A stretch of 64,000 nt of DNA from a virus: the IMG/VR virus record IMGVR_UViG_3300049830_000142, positions 32,001 to 96,000 of that record; one strand, given 5' to 3'. This document shows positions 16,509-25,223 of this stretch, in pieces. The position numbers and the translations under genes are program-made. Below the pieces are notes generated by a model. The model saw only the letters and a list, made by a program, of their open reading frames with translations, was not told the origin of the DNA and ran no database searches. Numbering within the stretch: position 1 is the stretch's first letter; each line of letters opens with the position of its first letter.

Positions 16509-19466
16509 ATGCGCTATACTGTATTAGACAAAGGCAACTTCAAGAAAGTAGATAAGCTGGACGACGACCATCTATCATTTCCTAGTTCCCGAGACCTATT
16601 TTCCATGCCCAGTAACCTTATCACAGGATTGGGTGGTGTGTCTGGTGGTCGTATTTTGCTAGGTGCCAAGGCTTCACTACAAAGCATTCCTCTAGTCAAC
16701 CCAGAAAGACCTTTAGTAGAAAGCTCAGATGACAATGACAAAGAGAGTACTCAAGAAAAGTTTGGTAAGCATTATCTGTCAGTCACGGCTACAAAACCTG
16801 GTATAGTTGATGAAGTGACTGATGAGCATATCAAAGTAAAGAATAAGGATGGTAGTCACAGTACTTATCAGCTTTACAAGAATTTTAACTTAGGACGTAA
16901 AAGCTTCATTACTAACACTGCGATAGTGAAGGCTGGTCATCAAGTGAAGACAGACGAGGTGTTGGCTCACTCCAACTACACCGACCCTAAAGGTAACATG
17001 GCATTAGGTGTTAATTTGACTACCGCTATCATGCCATTTAGATCCGACAACTTCGAGGATGCTTATGCTGTGACTGAGTCAGGTGCTAAAAAGTTGGCAG
17101 CGGAACAGATGCTAAAATATCATCTAGAAAAGAAATTTGGTGTTGATGCAGACAAGAATAAATTTATTGCGCTATTCCCAAACAAGTATACCAATGATCA
17201 AATCAAAGGTATTGACTCTGATGGTGTAATCAAACCTGGTACTGTAGTTCATGCAGGTGACCCAGTTCTATTAGCTTTTTCTCCTAGAGCACTTAAAAGC
17301 ACAGACTTAGCATTAGGTAAACTAAGCAAAGTATTGAAGCACGCTTTCAAAGATAACTCTGAGATCTGGGACTATGAACATCCTGGTACAGTCGTAGATG
17401 TATCTAAGCACGGTGAGTTGATTACAGTTCACATTAAAACTGAGCGTAGTCTATTACCTGGTGATAAGATTGGTAGTATCTTCGGTGCAAAAGGTGTAGC
17501 CACAATTATACCAGACTCACAATCTCCGACTACTCCTGATGGCAAGCCTGTGGATATTATGCTTAACTCAATGAGCATTACATCTAGAGTAGCCCCAGCT
17601 CTAGCCGTTACACTAGGACTAGGCAAACTAGCTCAAAAGAAAAAGGAAGTGATCAAGATGGACCAGTTCACTAAAGAATCGTCAATTGGTAAAGTTCTTA
17701 AAGTACTGGCCAAGAATGACATTTCAGATACCGAGACTGGTAGGAATATTGAGGCTGTTGTTGGACCTCTTTATTATAATCGTCTTACTCACATCTCTGA
17801 GGACAAGCTCAGTACGAGGTCGCAGGGTACAGGCTACTCGTTCGACATGCAGCCTAGCAAAACGACTGGCGAATCTAGTAAAAGGATCGGTAACCTTGGT
17901 ACTACTGCCTTGCTTAGCCATGATGTTAAACATGTATTGGAAGACATTGGTACCGTTAAAGGTACAAAGAACGATGATTTCTGGAGAGCCCTTAAACTAG
18001 GCCAGACTCCACCACCACCTAAAGTACCTTTCATTTTCAACAAGTTTATTGCTAGCTTACAGTCTGCTGGGGTAAACGTGAAACGAGATGGCAGTGTATT
18101 TAACATCATGCCAATGACCGACAAGGATACGTTGGCTATCAGTAATGGTGAAATCAAAAAGCCTACGATGTTCAAACCTCATCAAGATGAACTAGTGCAT
18201 GAACCAGGTGGTCTATTCGATCCTAATACAGTCGGTATCTTGGGTGACAAGTTCAATCATATTAGTCTTAACCATTCCGTACCTAATCCTATCAGCGAAG
18301 ACTATCTTCGTAAATTGTTAGGAGTCACTAAACTCAAGTTTAATGCTATGGTGGTAGATGGTACGATGGAAAAAGAATTAGGCAAGATGAACCTCGACAA
18401 CAAGATTACTGAAATGCGTCAGTATATCGAGGGCGGTAAAAAGACTAAACGTGATGATGCTGTAAAGATTTTGGAATTTTTGACTACGTTAAAGAAGAAG
18501 GGTATCAAGATTAGCGATTTGATGTTGACCAAGATTCCTATCTTACCAGCACAGTTCAGACCAGCTAGTAAGATGGGTGACGTTGTATTGACTAGCGATG
18601 TAAACAACCTTTACAAAGATCTTATCCTAAATAACAATTCTTTGAAAGATACGGCACATATACCTGAAGAGTTGATCAGCAAACTAAAGCAAGATCAGTA
18701 TGACGGTGTAAAGGCTGTGTTTGGTTTGGGTGATCCTATTAATAAGAAGCATGCTGATAAGAATGTAAAAGGTATCTTAGCTACTATGCTAGGTCTAAAA
18801 GGCGGTACTGCTAAATCAACGATGTTCCAGAGCAAGGTCGTTAATAAATCATTGGACTTAGTAGGTAGAGCAGTTTTGACTCCTGACACTAGGCTAGACG
18901 TGGATCAAGCTAGCGTCCCTCAAGATTTGCTGTGGCAGGTATACAAACCTTTCGTAATTCGTAGATTAGTCATGAAAGGCGTCCCAGCTGTATCTGCTGT
19001 AGACTATGTCAAAAAGCACAGTTCGTTGGCAGTTCAAGCTTTGAAAGAAGAGATGGCTGAGAGACCTGGTATTGTAACTCGTGACCCAGCTTGGCACAAA
19101 TTTAACTTGATGGGTTTTCATCTCATCCCTAATCCTAATCCTAAGGACAAGACACTAAAACTAAACCCATTAGTGTTCAAAGGATTCGGTGCTGACAACG
19201 ACGGTGACCAGCTAAACATCCACGTACCGGCTACTGAAGAAGCTAGGAAAGAAGTATTGGCAAAAATGTTACCTAGCAAGAACTTGTTATCAGCCAAGTC
19301 ATTTAGCCCAGTACTCATTCCATCAAACGAATCAGCTCTAGGTTTATATTCGCTTAGCACTGAGAAGAATACTAAAGCAGCCCGTAAATATAAGACGGAG
19401 GCGGAGGTGGTGAAAGCCTATAACTCAGGTCACTTAGAAGAGGGTGACCAGATAGAAATAGGATAA
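16509..19466 (+). CDS. rpoBC: RNA polymerase beta(C-half)-beta'(N-half) fusion, catalytic subunit
   Basis: beta motifs NFEDA, GDKIGSIFGAKG, LTHISEDK, KVPFIF; beta' motifs PILPAQFRP, SDVNNLY, DLVGRAV, RDPAWH, ADNDGDQ. Confidence 0.92.
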   Translation: MRYTVLDKGNFKKVDKLDDDHLSFPSSRDLFSMPSNLITGLGGVSGGRILLGAKASLQSIPLVNPERPLVESSDDNDKESTQEKFGKHYLSVTATKPGIVDEVTDEHIKVKNKDGSHSTYQLYKNFNLGRKSFITNTAIVKAGHQVKTDEVLAHSNYTDPKGNMALGVNLTTAIMPFRSDNFEDAYAVTESGAKKLAAEQMLKYHLEKKFGVDADKNKFIALFPNKYTNDQIKGIDSDGVIKPGTVVHAGDPVLLAFSPRALKSTDLALGKLSKVLKHAFKDNSEIWDYEHPGTVVDVSKHGELITVHIKTERSLLPGDKIGSIFGAKGVATIIPDSQSPTTPDGKPVDIMLNSMSITSRVAPALAVTLGLGKLAQKKKEVIKMDQFTKESSIGKVLKVLAKNDISDTETGRNIEAVVGPLYYNRLTHISEDKLSTRSQGTGYSFDMQPSKTTGESSKRIGNLGTTALLSHDVKHVLEDIGTVKGTKNDDFWRALKLGQTPPPPKVPFIFNKFIASLQSAGVNVKRDGSVFNIMPMTDKDTLAISNGEIKKPTMFKPHQDELVHEPGGLFDPNTVGILGDKFNHISLNHSVPNPISEDYLRKLLGVTKLKFNAMVVDGTMEKELGKMNLDNKITEMRQYIEGGKKTKRDDAVKILEFLTTLKKKGIKISDLMLTKIPILPAQFRPASKMGDVVLTSDVNNLYKDLILNNNSLKDTAHIPEELISKLKQDQYDGVKAVFGLGDPINKKHADKNVKGILATMLGLKGGTAKSTMFQSKVVNKSLDLVGRAVLTPDTRLDVDQASVPQDLLWQVYKPFVIRRLVMKGVPAVSAVDYVKKHSSLAVQALKEEMAERPGIVTRDPAWHKFNLMGFHLIPNPNPKDKTLKLNPLVFKGFGADNDGDQLNIHVPATEEARKEVLAKMLPSKNLLSAKSFSPVLIPSNESALGLYSLSTEKNTKAARKYKTEAEVVKAYNSGHLEEGDQIEIG

Positions 19467-19496
19467 TTGTAGACTACGACAAATTTCCCTGGTATT

Positions 19497-19721
19497 ATGA
19501 TTGTAACTAAAGACTTGTGGCTCACGCTCACTCCAAAACAAAGGTTGGAGAAGTTAACGGAAGCCCTCTCACAATTGAAAGAAATTGGCACAAAGAATAG
19601 TAGACTCAAGGTAAAAGTTGACCAAGGAAGATTGGCCAACGCTAAGAAAGACCTCGAAGCTTTTGTGATTAACGTCGTGACCTGGGAATCTGATAGACAG
19701 CTACAAAAATATCATGGATAA
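19497..19721 (+). CDS. hypothetical protein
   Basis: ORF, coiled-coil-like. Confidence 0.6.
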   Translation: MIVTKDLWLTLTPKQRLEKLTEALSQLKEIGTKNSRLKVKVDQGRLANAKKDLEAFVINVVTWESDRQLQKYHG

Positions 19722-20217
19722 AGTTTGCCATAAGTGCGATGAATCAAAACCAACGACAGAATTTCGTAATAGAAAATCTGCAGCGGATGGCTTATCCTAT
19801 TATTGTAAGAGTTGCCTACAAACTAATGACAAGGGTTACTACAAGAAAAACCATGCAAAGTGTATACAAGCTGGTGTGAAATATACACGTAATCGTAGAA
19901 AAACAGATATAACCTTTAGATTACGTGCATTACTGAATAACAGAACTAGAATAGCAATAACGTCCAATTTGAAACAATCAAGTACAATTAAACTGCTTGG
20001 ATGTACCATCCTACAAGCAAGAAAATACATAGAGTCGCAATTTAAGCCTGGTATGAATTGGAGTAACCATTCATTAACAGGTTGGCACATTGATCATAAA
20101 TTACCTTGTGCAGCCTTCGATTTAACGAAAGAATCAGAGCAAAGAAAGTGTTTTCATTACACTAATCTCCAACCTCTTTGGGCTCATGAAAATCTTTCAA
20201 AAAGTGATAATATTTAA
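19714..20217 (+). CDS. HNH homing endonuclease (WHIDH..PC..FDL family)
   Basis: CHKC N-terminal motif; WHIDHKLPCAAFDL...CFHYTNLQPLWA.ENL.K. Confidence 0.88.
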   Translation: MDKVCHKCDESKPTTEFRNRKSAADGLSYYCKSCLQTNDKGYYKKNHAKCIQAGVKYTRNRRKTDITFRLRALLNNRTRIAITSNLKQSSTIKLLGCTILQARKYIESQFKPGMNWSNHSLTGWHIDHKLPCAAFDLTKESEQRKCFHYTNLQPLWAHENLSKSDNI

Positions 20218-20219
20218 TT

Positions 20220-20849
20220 ATGCCAACATACGGACAAATTCTACAAGATTTAGATTGCTCACTTACTAAGCGAGCTTTCATTCCTTCTCCAACTGGTGGA
20301 GGCGGTGGACAACCTGGACAGCAACCACAAGGTGGACAGCCTCCTGGTCAAGGCGATCCAGCACAGCAACAGGAGATGCAACAATTTGCACAACAAATAC
20401 AACAACAGCAAGCGGCTCAAGGTGGGCAAGGCGGTCAACAACCACAAGGTCAGCCAGGTCAAGGTGACCCTTCTCAAGGCAAGCCTCAAGATCCTAATGC
20501 ACCTCCTGGAGGCGATCTATCTCCTAAGGGTATGGCTCAGAGTTTGAAGAACACTGCAGTAACAGTTACTGTAGCGGACTTGCTCGACCTCGTATCTGGT
20601 GGCAAGGCAAGTCAAGCACATCTCAAGACTGAATCAATGAAAGTCCAACACGGCTTTAAGCACAGGGAGATGTTGCAGAAGGAACAGGACAAACAGCAGC
20701 AGAAAGAACAGGAACGCCAGCAGCAGGCTCAGATGCAGGCTCAACAGCAGCAAGGCATGATGGGCGGCGGTATTTATGGCGGCGGCCCAATGGACGGGCA
20801 AAATGCTCCTGGACAACCAGGTCAACCACCTCAACAAGGAGGCATGTAA
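20220..20849 (+). CDS. Gln/Gly/Pro-rich low-complexity protein with K-x-A leader
   Basis: LTKRAF then GQP/QQ tracts. Confidence 0.8.
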   Translation: MPTYGQILQDLDCSLTKRAFIPSPTGGGGGQPGQQPQGGQPPGQGDPAQQQEMQQFAQQIQQQQAAQGGQGGQQPQGQPGQGDPSQGKPQDPNAPPGGDLSPKGMAQSLKNTAVTVTVADLLDLVSGGKASQAHLKTESMKVQHGFKHREMLQKEQDKQQQKEQERQQQAQMQAQQQQGMMGGGIYGGGPMDGQNAPGQPGQPPQQGGM

Positions 20850-20852
20850 TTT

Positions 20853-21479
20853 ATGGATAAGCTAGAACAAGGATACATCGACGGATTTGTTAAAGCTGCA
20901 AATGCACTTAGCGCAGGTATTGTGGCCGGCGTTAAACAACCTATGGAAAGCGCTGAGTCAGCTATAGCTAGGCTACAAAGTCAGAAAACAAAAGATTTCG
21001 TTATGCCTAATAGGAAAAACTTGCTAGGCCAACCTTTAAGTGGTGGTCCTGGATTAAATGCTCCTAACGGTATCAAAGATAAGTTGCATAGCCTATGGAA
21101 TGACCCTAAGAGCAATACTATAGGTGACATGTCATTAAGGAAAGCTACTGGATTAGGTGCAGGATTAGGTGCAGGAACAATTGCAGCTAGCCAAGGTGCA
21201 GGTGCTCTAACCTCAGGTATGGGTGGACATCCTTCTGACTTAGCCCAACGTACTCAAGAAGCTACGCAAGGTCCTTCTATTGATCCTAGTGGTCTTTATG
21301 AAATGCTAAAGCAACATCTGTCTAAACATGAAGTAGGTTACGGTGTAGGTGGTGCAGCTCTTGGTTTAGGTGGCTTAGGCTACTACTTGAGCAAGCATAA
21401 AAATAAAAAGAAAATAGACGAAGGTCAAATACCTTTTAGCTCAGGCGAAGACGAACCAGGCGTAGAGACCAATGAATAA
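20853..21479 (+). CDS. KAA-leader Gly-zipper membrane protein
   Basis: GYIDGFVKAA; GLGAGLGAG; GVGGAALGLGGLGYY followed by a Lys cluster. Confidence 0.8.
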   Translation: MDKLEQGYIDGFVKAANALSAGIVAGVKQPMESAESAIARLQSQKTKDFVMPNRKNLLGQPLSGGPGLNAPNGIKDKLHSLWNDPKSNTIGDMSLRKATGLGAGLGAGTIAASQGAGALTSGMGGHPSDLAQRTQEATQGPSIDPSGLYEMLKQHLSKHEVGYGVGGAALGLGGLGYYLSKHKNKKKIDEGQIPFSSGEDEPGVETNE

Positions 21480-21826
21480 TGAACTTCACTTTACTACAGT
21501 CTTTCTTGGAGCAGTCTTACAACTCAGCCAATCCTAAGATTAAAAGAGCAGCTGAGACTTTGACTGACCAGATGGTGGCCGCTAAAGAGACGGAAGAGAT
21601 TGAGCAGCCGACACTACATTCTGAGGAACGTAATCAGCCGTTGAATAACAGACCTAAGGACGAGATCGATAAACATCTATCTACTTGGATGCCTGATATC
21701 GTAAAACCTGATCCTGAAGTATCTGAATTCGGTAAAGCGGCTTCTATGTTTGACTTATACAGTAAAAAGTTGAATACTAAGCCTACACTATTTCAAAGAT
21801 ATGGCTTACACAACAACGGTAGGTAA
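21479..21826 (+). CDS. hypothetical protein
   Basis: ORF with KRAA, GKAA motifs. Confidence 0.7.
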   Translation: MNFTLLQSFLEQSYNSANPKIKRAAETLTDQMVAAKETEEIEQPTLHSEERNQPLNNRPKDEIDKHLSTWMPDIVKPDPEVSEFGKAASMFDLYSKKLNTKPTLFQRYGLHNNGR

Positions 21827-23711
21827 AATCCTACTGAAACATTACAGTCCGGCGGCGACACACGCATTCCTAGATAGTAAGGAGCTTGACAAAAAGAACA
21901 TCGGAGCTTTCTTTGCTAACTTAGCTGAGAAGCATCCGGAGGAGTACATGAAGACTGTCTCTGACCTAACGAGACTAGGCTTCGAGTCAGCTACTAGATT
22001 AGGTAGCACAGTTAGACTAGGCGACCTTGCTCCCCCAGATTTCAAGGACGAGGAGTTCAAAAAACTTCACGCCGAGATCGCAGGTATTCAGGCTAAGAAA
22101 CTTACTAAGGTAAAACAGAATGACGAAATCATTACTGCCCTTAACAAGTTCTCAGGCGACATTGACAAAAGGTTAGTTGAGCATGGTGTCAAAGAAGGTA
22201 AGACATTGGCGAAGGTTGTTAGGGCCGGTGCTCGTGGTAGCCCATCCCAGTATCGTCAAACTATTTTTTCTCCCGTAGCTGTCAATGATAACAAGGGCAG
22301 CGTTCTTACTGATTTCGTAATCGACAGGTCTTTTGCTGAAGGCCTCACCTTACCACAATACTTGGCGCATACCTTCGGTGCTCGTCAAGCTTCTGCAGCT
22401 ACTAAACTAGCTGTTGCTGACGCTGGTTACTTAGGTAAACAATTGGCCAGAGCTGGTATGACGATGAAAGTCGAGATGCATGACTGTGGTACTGATAGTG
22501 GTATTGCAATCAAAGTCGAAGACAAAGATTACCTCGGTACTTATTTAGCCAAGGCGGTTGATAAATATAATCATAACAACGAAGTCACTTCTTCGATGTT
22601 AGCTGACCTCAAAACAAAAGGGGTTGCTGACATTATTGTCCGTAGTCCTATCACTTGCCAAGCTAGTCACGACTCTCATCCAGGTGCAGTATGCCAACTA
22701 TGCGCAGGTAGACGTGAAAAAGGATTACCTGAGATTGGATCTTTCTTAGGAGTTGTGGCTGGAACTACTTTAGCTGAACCGCTATCACAAGGTATGTTAA
22801 ACTCCAAACACTCTGGTGGTTCAGCGAGAACTGCTACGTCATTTGGCGGTTTCAAATACGTTAACCAACTATTCAACATACCTGACTCTTTTGTACATGA
22901 GGCTCCGCTAGCTAACCATGACGGTGTTATTGAAGAAGTCAGACCAGCTCCTCAAGGTGGTAACTATGTCGTAGTCAAACATGTTAACGGCAAGACTGAA
23001 GAACACTACGTTCATCCTGACCTCAACGTATTCATCAAACCTGGCACTGCTGTCGAAGCCGGTGATGTATTAAGTGATGGTATTCCTAATCCAGCCAAGA
23101 TCGTTAAACACAAAGGTATTGGTGAGGGTAGAGTCTACTTTGCTAACGCAGTAAAGAATACATTTGAAAACAGCCAGCTAGGTGGTATCAACAAACGTAA
23201 CTTTGACATCATCAGCAAAGGTATCATTACGCACGTCAAAATTACCAACCCTAAAGGGTTGGGCGACCACTTGCCAGATACTATCGTCAATTACCATAGT
23301 TTAGAGAAGGCTTATACTCCTAGACACGATAGCCGCAAAGTTAGAGTAGACCAGGCAAAGGGATTATACTTGGAAATTCCTGCATTACACTATACAATAG
23401 GTACTAAGCTAACAAGCCATATGATGGACAACCTAAAGAAGCATGGTGTATCATATGTGACAGTACACGATGACAGTCCTGGGTTTGAACCTGAGATGCA
23501 ACGTTTGCTAGATGTTCCAGCCCACGAGCATGATTGGATGCACGCGCTGTACAGCACAAATTTGGAACGCAGATTAGTTAAAGCAGTTAATACTGGAGCT
23601 TCAAGCAGTATTGCTGGCCCTTCGCCTATACCTGGCCTGGCTTATGCCGTCGGCTTTGGTAAGAAGTCTGAGGAAGTCGAGCAAACTGAAGAAGCCTTAA
23701 GTTTCGAATAA
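21801..23711 (+). CDS. rpoC: RNA polymerase beta' C-terminal subunit
   Basis: TTVGKILL; bridge helix GLTLPQYLAHTFGAR..AGYLGKQL; DCGT; RSPITC...CQLCAG; trigger loop AEPLSQGMLNSKHSGG. Confidence 0.92.
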   Translation: MAYTTTVGKILLKHYSPAATHAFLDSKELDKKNIGAFFANLAEKHPEEYMKTVSDLTRLGFESATRLGSTVRLGDLAPPDFKDEEFKKLHAEIAGIQAKKLTKVKQNDEIITALNKFSGDIDKRLVEHGVKEGKTLAKVVRAGARGSPSQYRQTIFSPVAVNDNKGSVLTDFVIDRSFAEGLTLPQYLAHTFGARQASAATKLAVADAGYLGKQLARAGMTMKVEMHDCGTDSGIAIKVEDKDYLGTYLAKAVDKYNHNNEVTSSMLADLKTKGVADIIVRSPITCQASHDSHPGAVCQLCAGRREKGLPEIGSFLGVVAGTTLAEPLSQGMLNSKHSGGSARTATSFGGFKYVNQLFNIPDSFVHEAPLANHDGVIEEVRPAPQGGNYVVVKHVNGKTEEHYVHPDLNVFIKPGTAVEAGDVLSDGIPNPAKIVKHKGIGEGRVYFANAVKNTFENSQLGGINKRNFDIISKGIITHVKITNPKGLGDHLPDTIVNYHSLEKAYTPRHDSRKVRVDQAKGLYLEIPALHYTIGTKLTSHMMDNLKKHGVSYVTVHDDSPGFEPEMQRLLDVPAHEHDWMHALYSTNLERRLVKAVNTGASSSIAGPSPIPGLAYAVGFGKKSEEVEQTEEALSFE

Positions 23712-23712
23712 T

Positions 23713-25185
23713 ATGTCCTCAATCAACGATACTTGCAAGAACTGGTTAGATAAGCAAGGCTCAGCTTTTTCAGAAAGTTTCAAGGGCTTAGGCTCTCTCG
23801 CATTCAAGCATCTTAAGCAGTCACCTGGTTATGTTGCGAGCACAGCTAAGGTCGGTTTAGGCTTAGGCGTTGGAGCTGCGTTAGGTGAAACTGGTCTTAG
23901 AACTGCCAACAACTGGGCACATGGAGATCCTAGCTTAGGCGCACCAACTTCTACACAACATGCTTTAAGTAGCTTTTATGATAGTCTAGGTACTGGTGCT
24001 CATATTAATCCAGCCATTGCGGCTGTATCCAATAAAGTACTAGACTCAGTTGATGTAAATCCTAAAGCACAAGAATTTTTGTCAGCCGCAGCTAACATTA
24101 CCAATCCTGCTGTACGTAAAGTTTTGATGGGTGACGTTGTTAACGCAGCTGGGCAAGCCTCTGGAGCTGTTGCAGAAAATGTAGGCGGTACAGTAGGTAA
24201 CGCTTTAGGTCAAGGAGTGGGTCACGGTATGGCTGCTGGTTTCTGGGAGAACTTAAAGCATAATCCTATTCCTACTGTAACTGGTGCTGCAGCTGTTAGC
24301 GCAGGACCTTTGATAGCTTATGACATGTTGACTAAGAAGAGAAGACAACAAGAAGCTAAGCGTAATAAAGCAATTCTCCGTTATATCCTTCACCATGAAA
24401 AGGGTGGTTTACAAAAGTCCGGAAATATAGCGCAATCTATAGAATCTGGTGTGAAAGGAATAGCTAGTTCCCCTTTTTTCAAAAAGTTTGTTTATAGACC
24501 TACCGGCATCCCTGCTGATAAAGGTCATATAATGGATGCTTACATGGCCTTCAAAGGACACGTACCAGGTAAAGTAGCTGACAAACTTAAGGAATATCCT
24601 CAGACTCTTTTTAACAATACTGTAACGAGACATCCTATTTCAACTCTTGTAGGCGGTGGTGCAGGCGTTGGCTTTGCACAAACAATGGCTGAGTCTGCTA
24701 CTAAAGAGCGCGCCAATGATTACTCAACAGCTGGCGGTGCTTATGGGCATATGATTAAGAACATGACCGCTGTACCTGGATCGGTTGTTGAAGGTGTAGA
24801 GGGAGGCCTCATGCGTAGTTCAGCGTTACCTCGTGGAGATAAATCTCAATCAGTGGCTAAGATAAACGAGATAATTAGTAACTTTACTAATCCTAATAAA
24901 GATTACGCTTTACCACCGGTTGACCCTAGCTATCGCCCACCACACATGCAATTTTCTCCTGAGCAACTAGAACAGCTAAGAAATGCTGATTTAGGCTTAG
25001 GTGTTGATAAGGGTAAACCTTTAGGTTGGGGACCTTATGCTGCGCTCACCGGTTTGTTTGCAGCACCTGCAGCAGCTTACGGAACATACAAACACTTTGC
25101 AAACAAGAAGGTTGACAAAGCGGTTGACAAAGCTGATAGGATGCAAAATCAGTTAGAGCATGTTAACAAGCTAGTTGAAACATAA
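23713..25185 (+). CDS. large Gly/Ala-rich protein with two K-x-G-led membrane modules
   Basis: LDKQG and LQKSG; hydrophobic helices followed by basic clusters. Confidence 0.8.
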   Translation: MSSINDTCKNWLDKQGSAFSESFKGLGSLAFKHLKQSPGYVASTAKVGLGLGVGAALGETGLRTANNWAHGDPSLGAPTSTQHALSSFYDSLGTGAHINPAIAAVSNKVLDSVDVNPKAQEFLSAAANITNPAVRKVLMGDVVNAAGQASGAVAENVGGTVGNALGQGVGHGMAAGFWENLKHNPIPTVTGAAAVSAGPLIAYDMLTKKRRQQEAKRNKAILRYILHHEKGGLQKSGNIAQSIESGVKGIASSPFFKKFVYRPTGIPADKGHIMDAYMAFKGHVPGKVADKLKEYPQTLFNNTVTRHPISTLVGGGAGVGFAQTMAESATKERANDYSTAGGAYGHMIKNMTAVPGSVVEGVEGGLMRSSALPRGDKSQSVAKINEIISNFTNPNKDYALPPVDPSYRPPHMQFSPEQLEQLRNADLGLGVDKGKPLGWGPYAALTGLFAAPAAAYGTYKHFANKKVDKAVDKADRMQNQLEHVNKLVET

Positions 25186-25188
25186 CAA

Positions 25189-25223
25189 TTGCCTTACGTT
25201 CCATTATAATTTACTATTAGCAT
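25189..25223 (+). promoter_or_regulatory. sigma70-like promoter, leaderless
   Basis: TTGCCT-N17-TACTAT-N6-ATG(25224). Confidence 0.65.

Noticed and set aside
16465-16511. Programmed frameshift joining the uORF to RNAP
   Set aside because: No X XXY YYZ heptamer or stimulatory structure at the overlap
13888-20217. Giant eukaryotic virus origin suggested by the D6/D11-like helicase and this HNH family
   Set aside because: Contractile sheath, baseplate, HK97-type capsid, sigma factor, bacterial promoters and terminators indicate a bacteriophage
19467-21800. Group I/II intron interrupting beta'
   Set aside because: Gap is fully occupied by coupled ORFs, both RNAP parts have own start and stop, and no intron core motifs were seen
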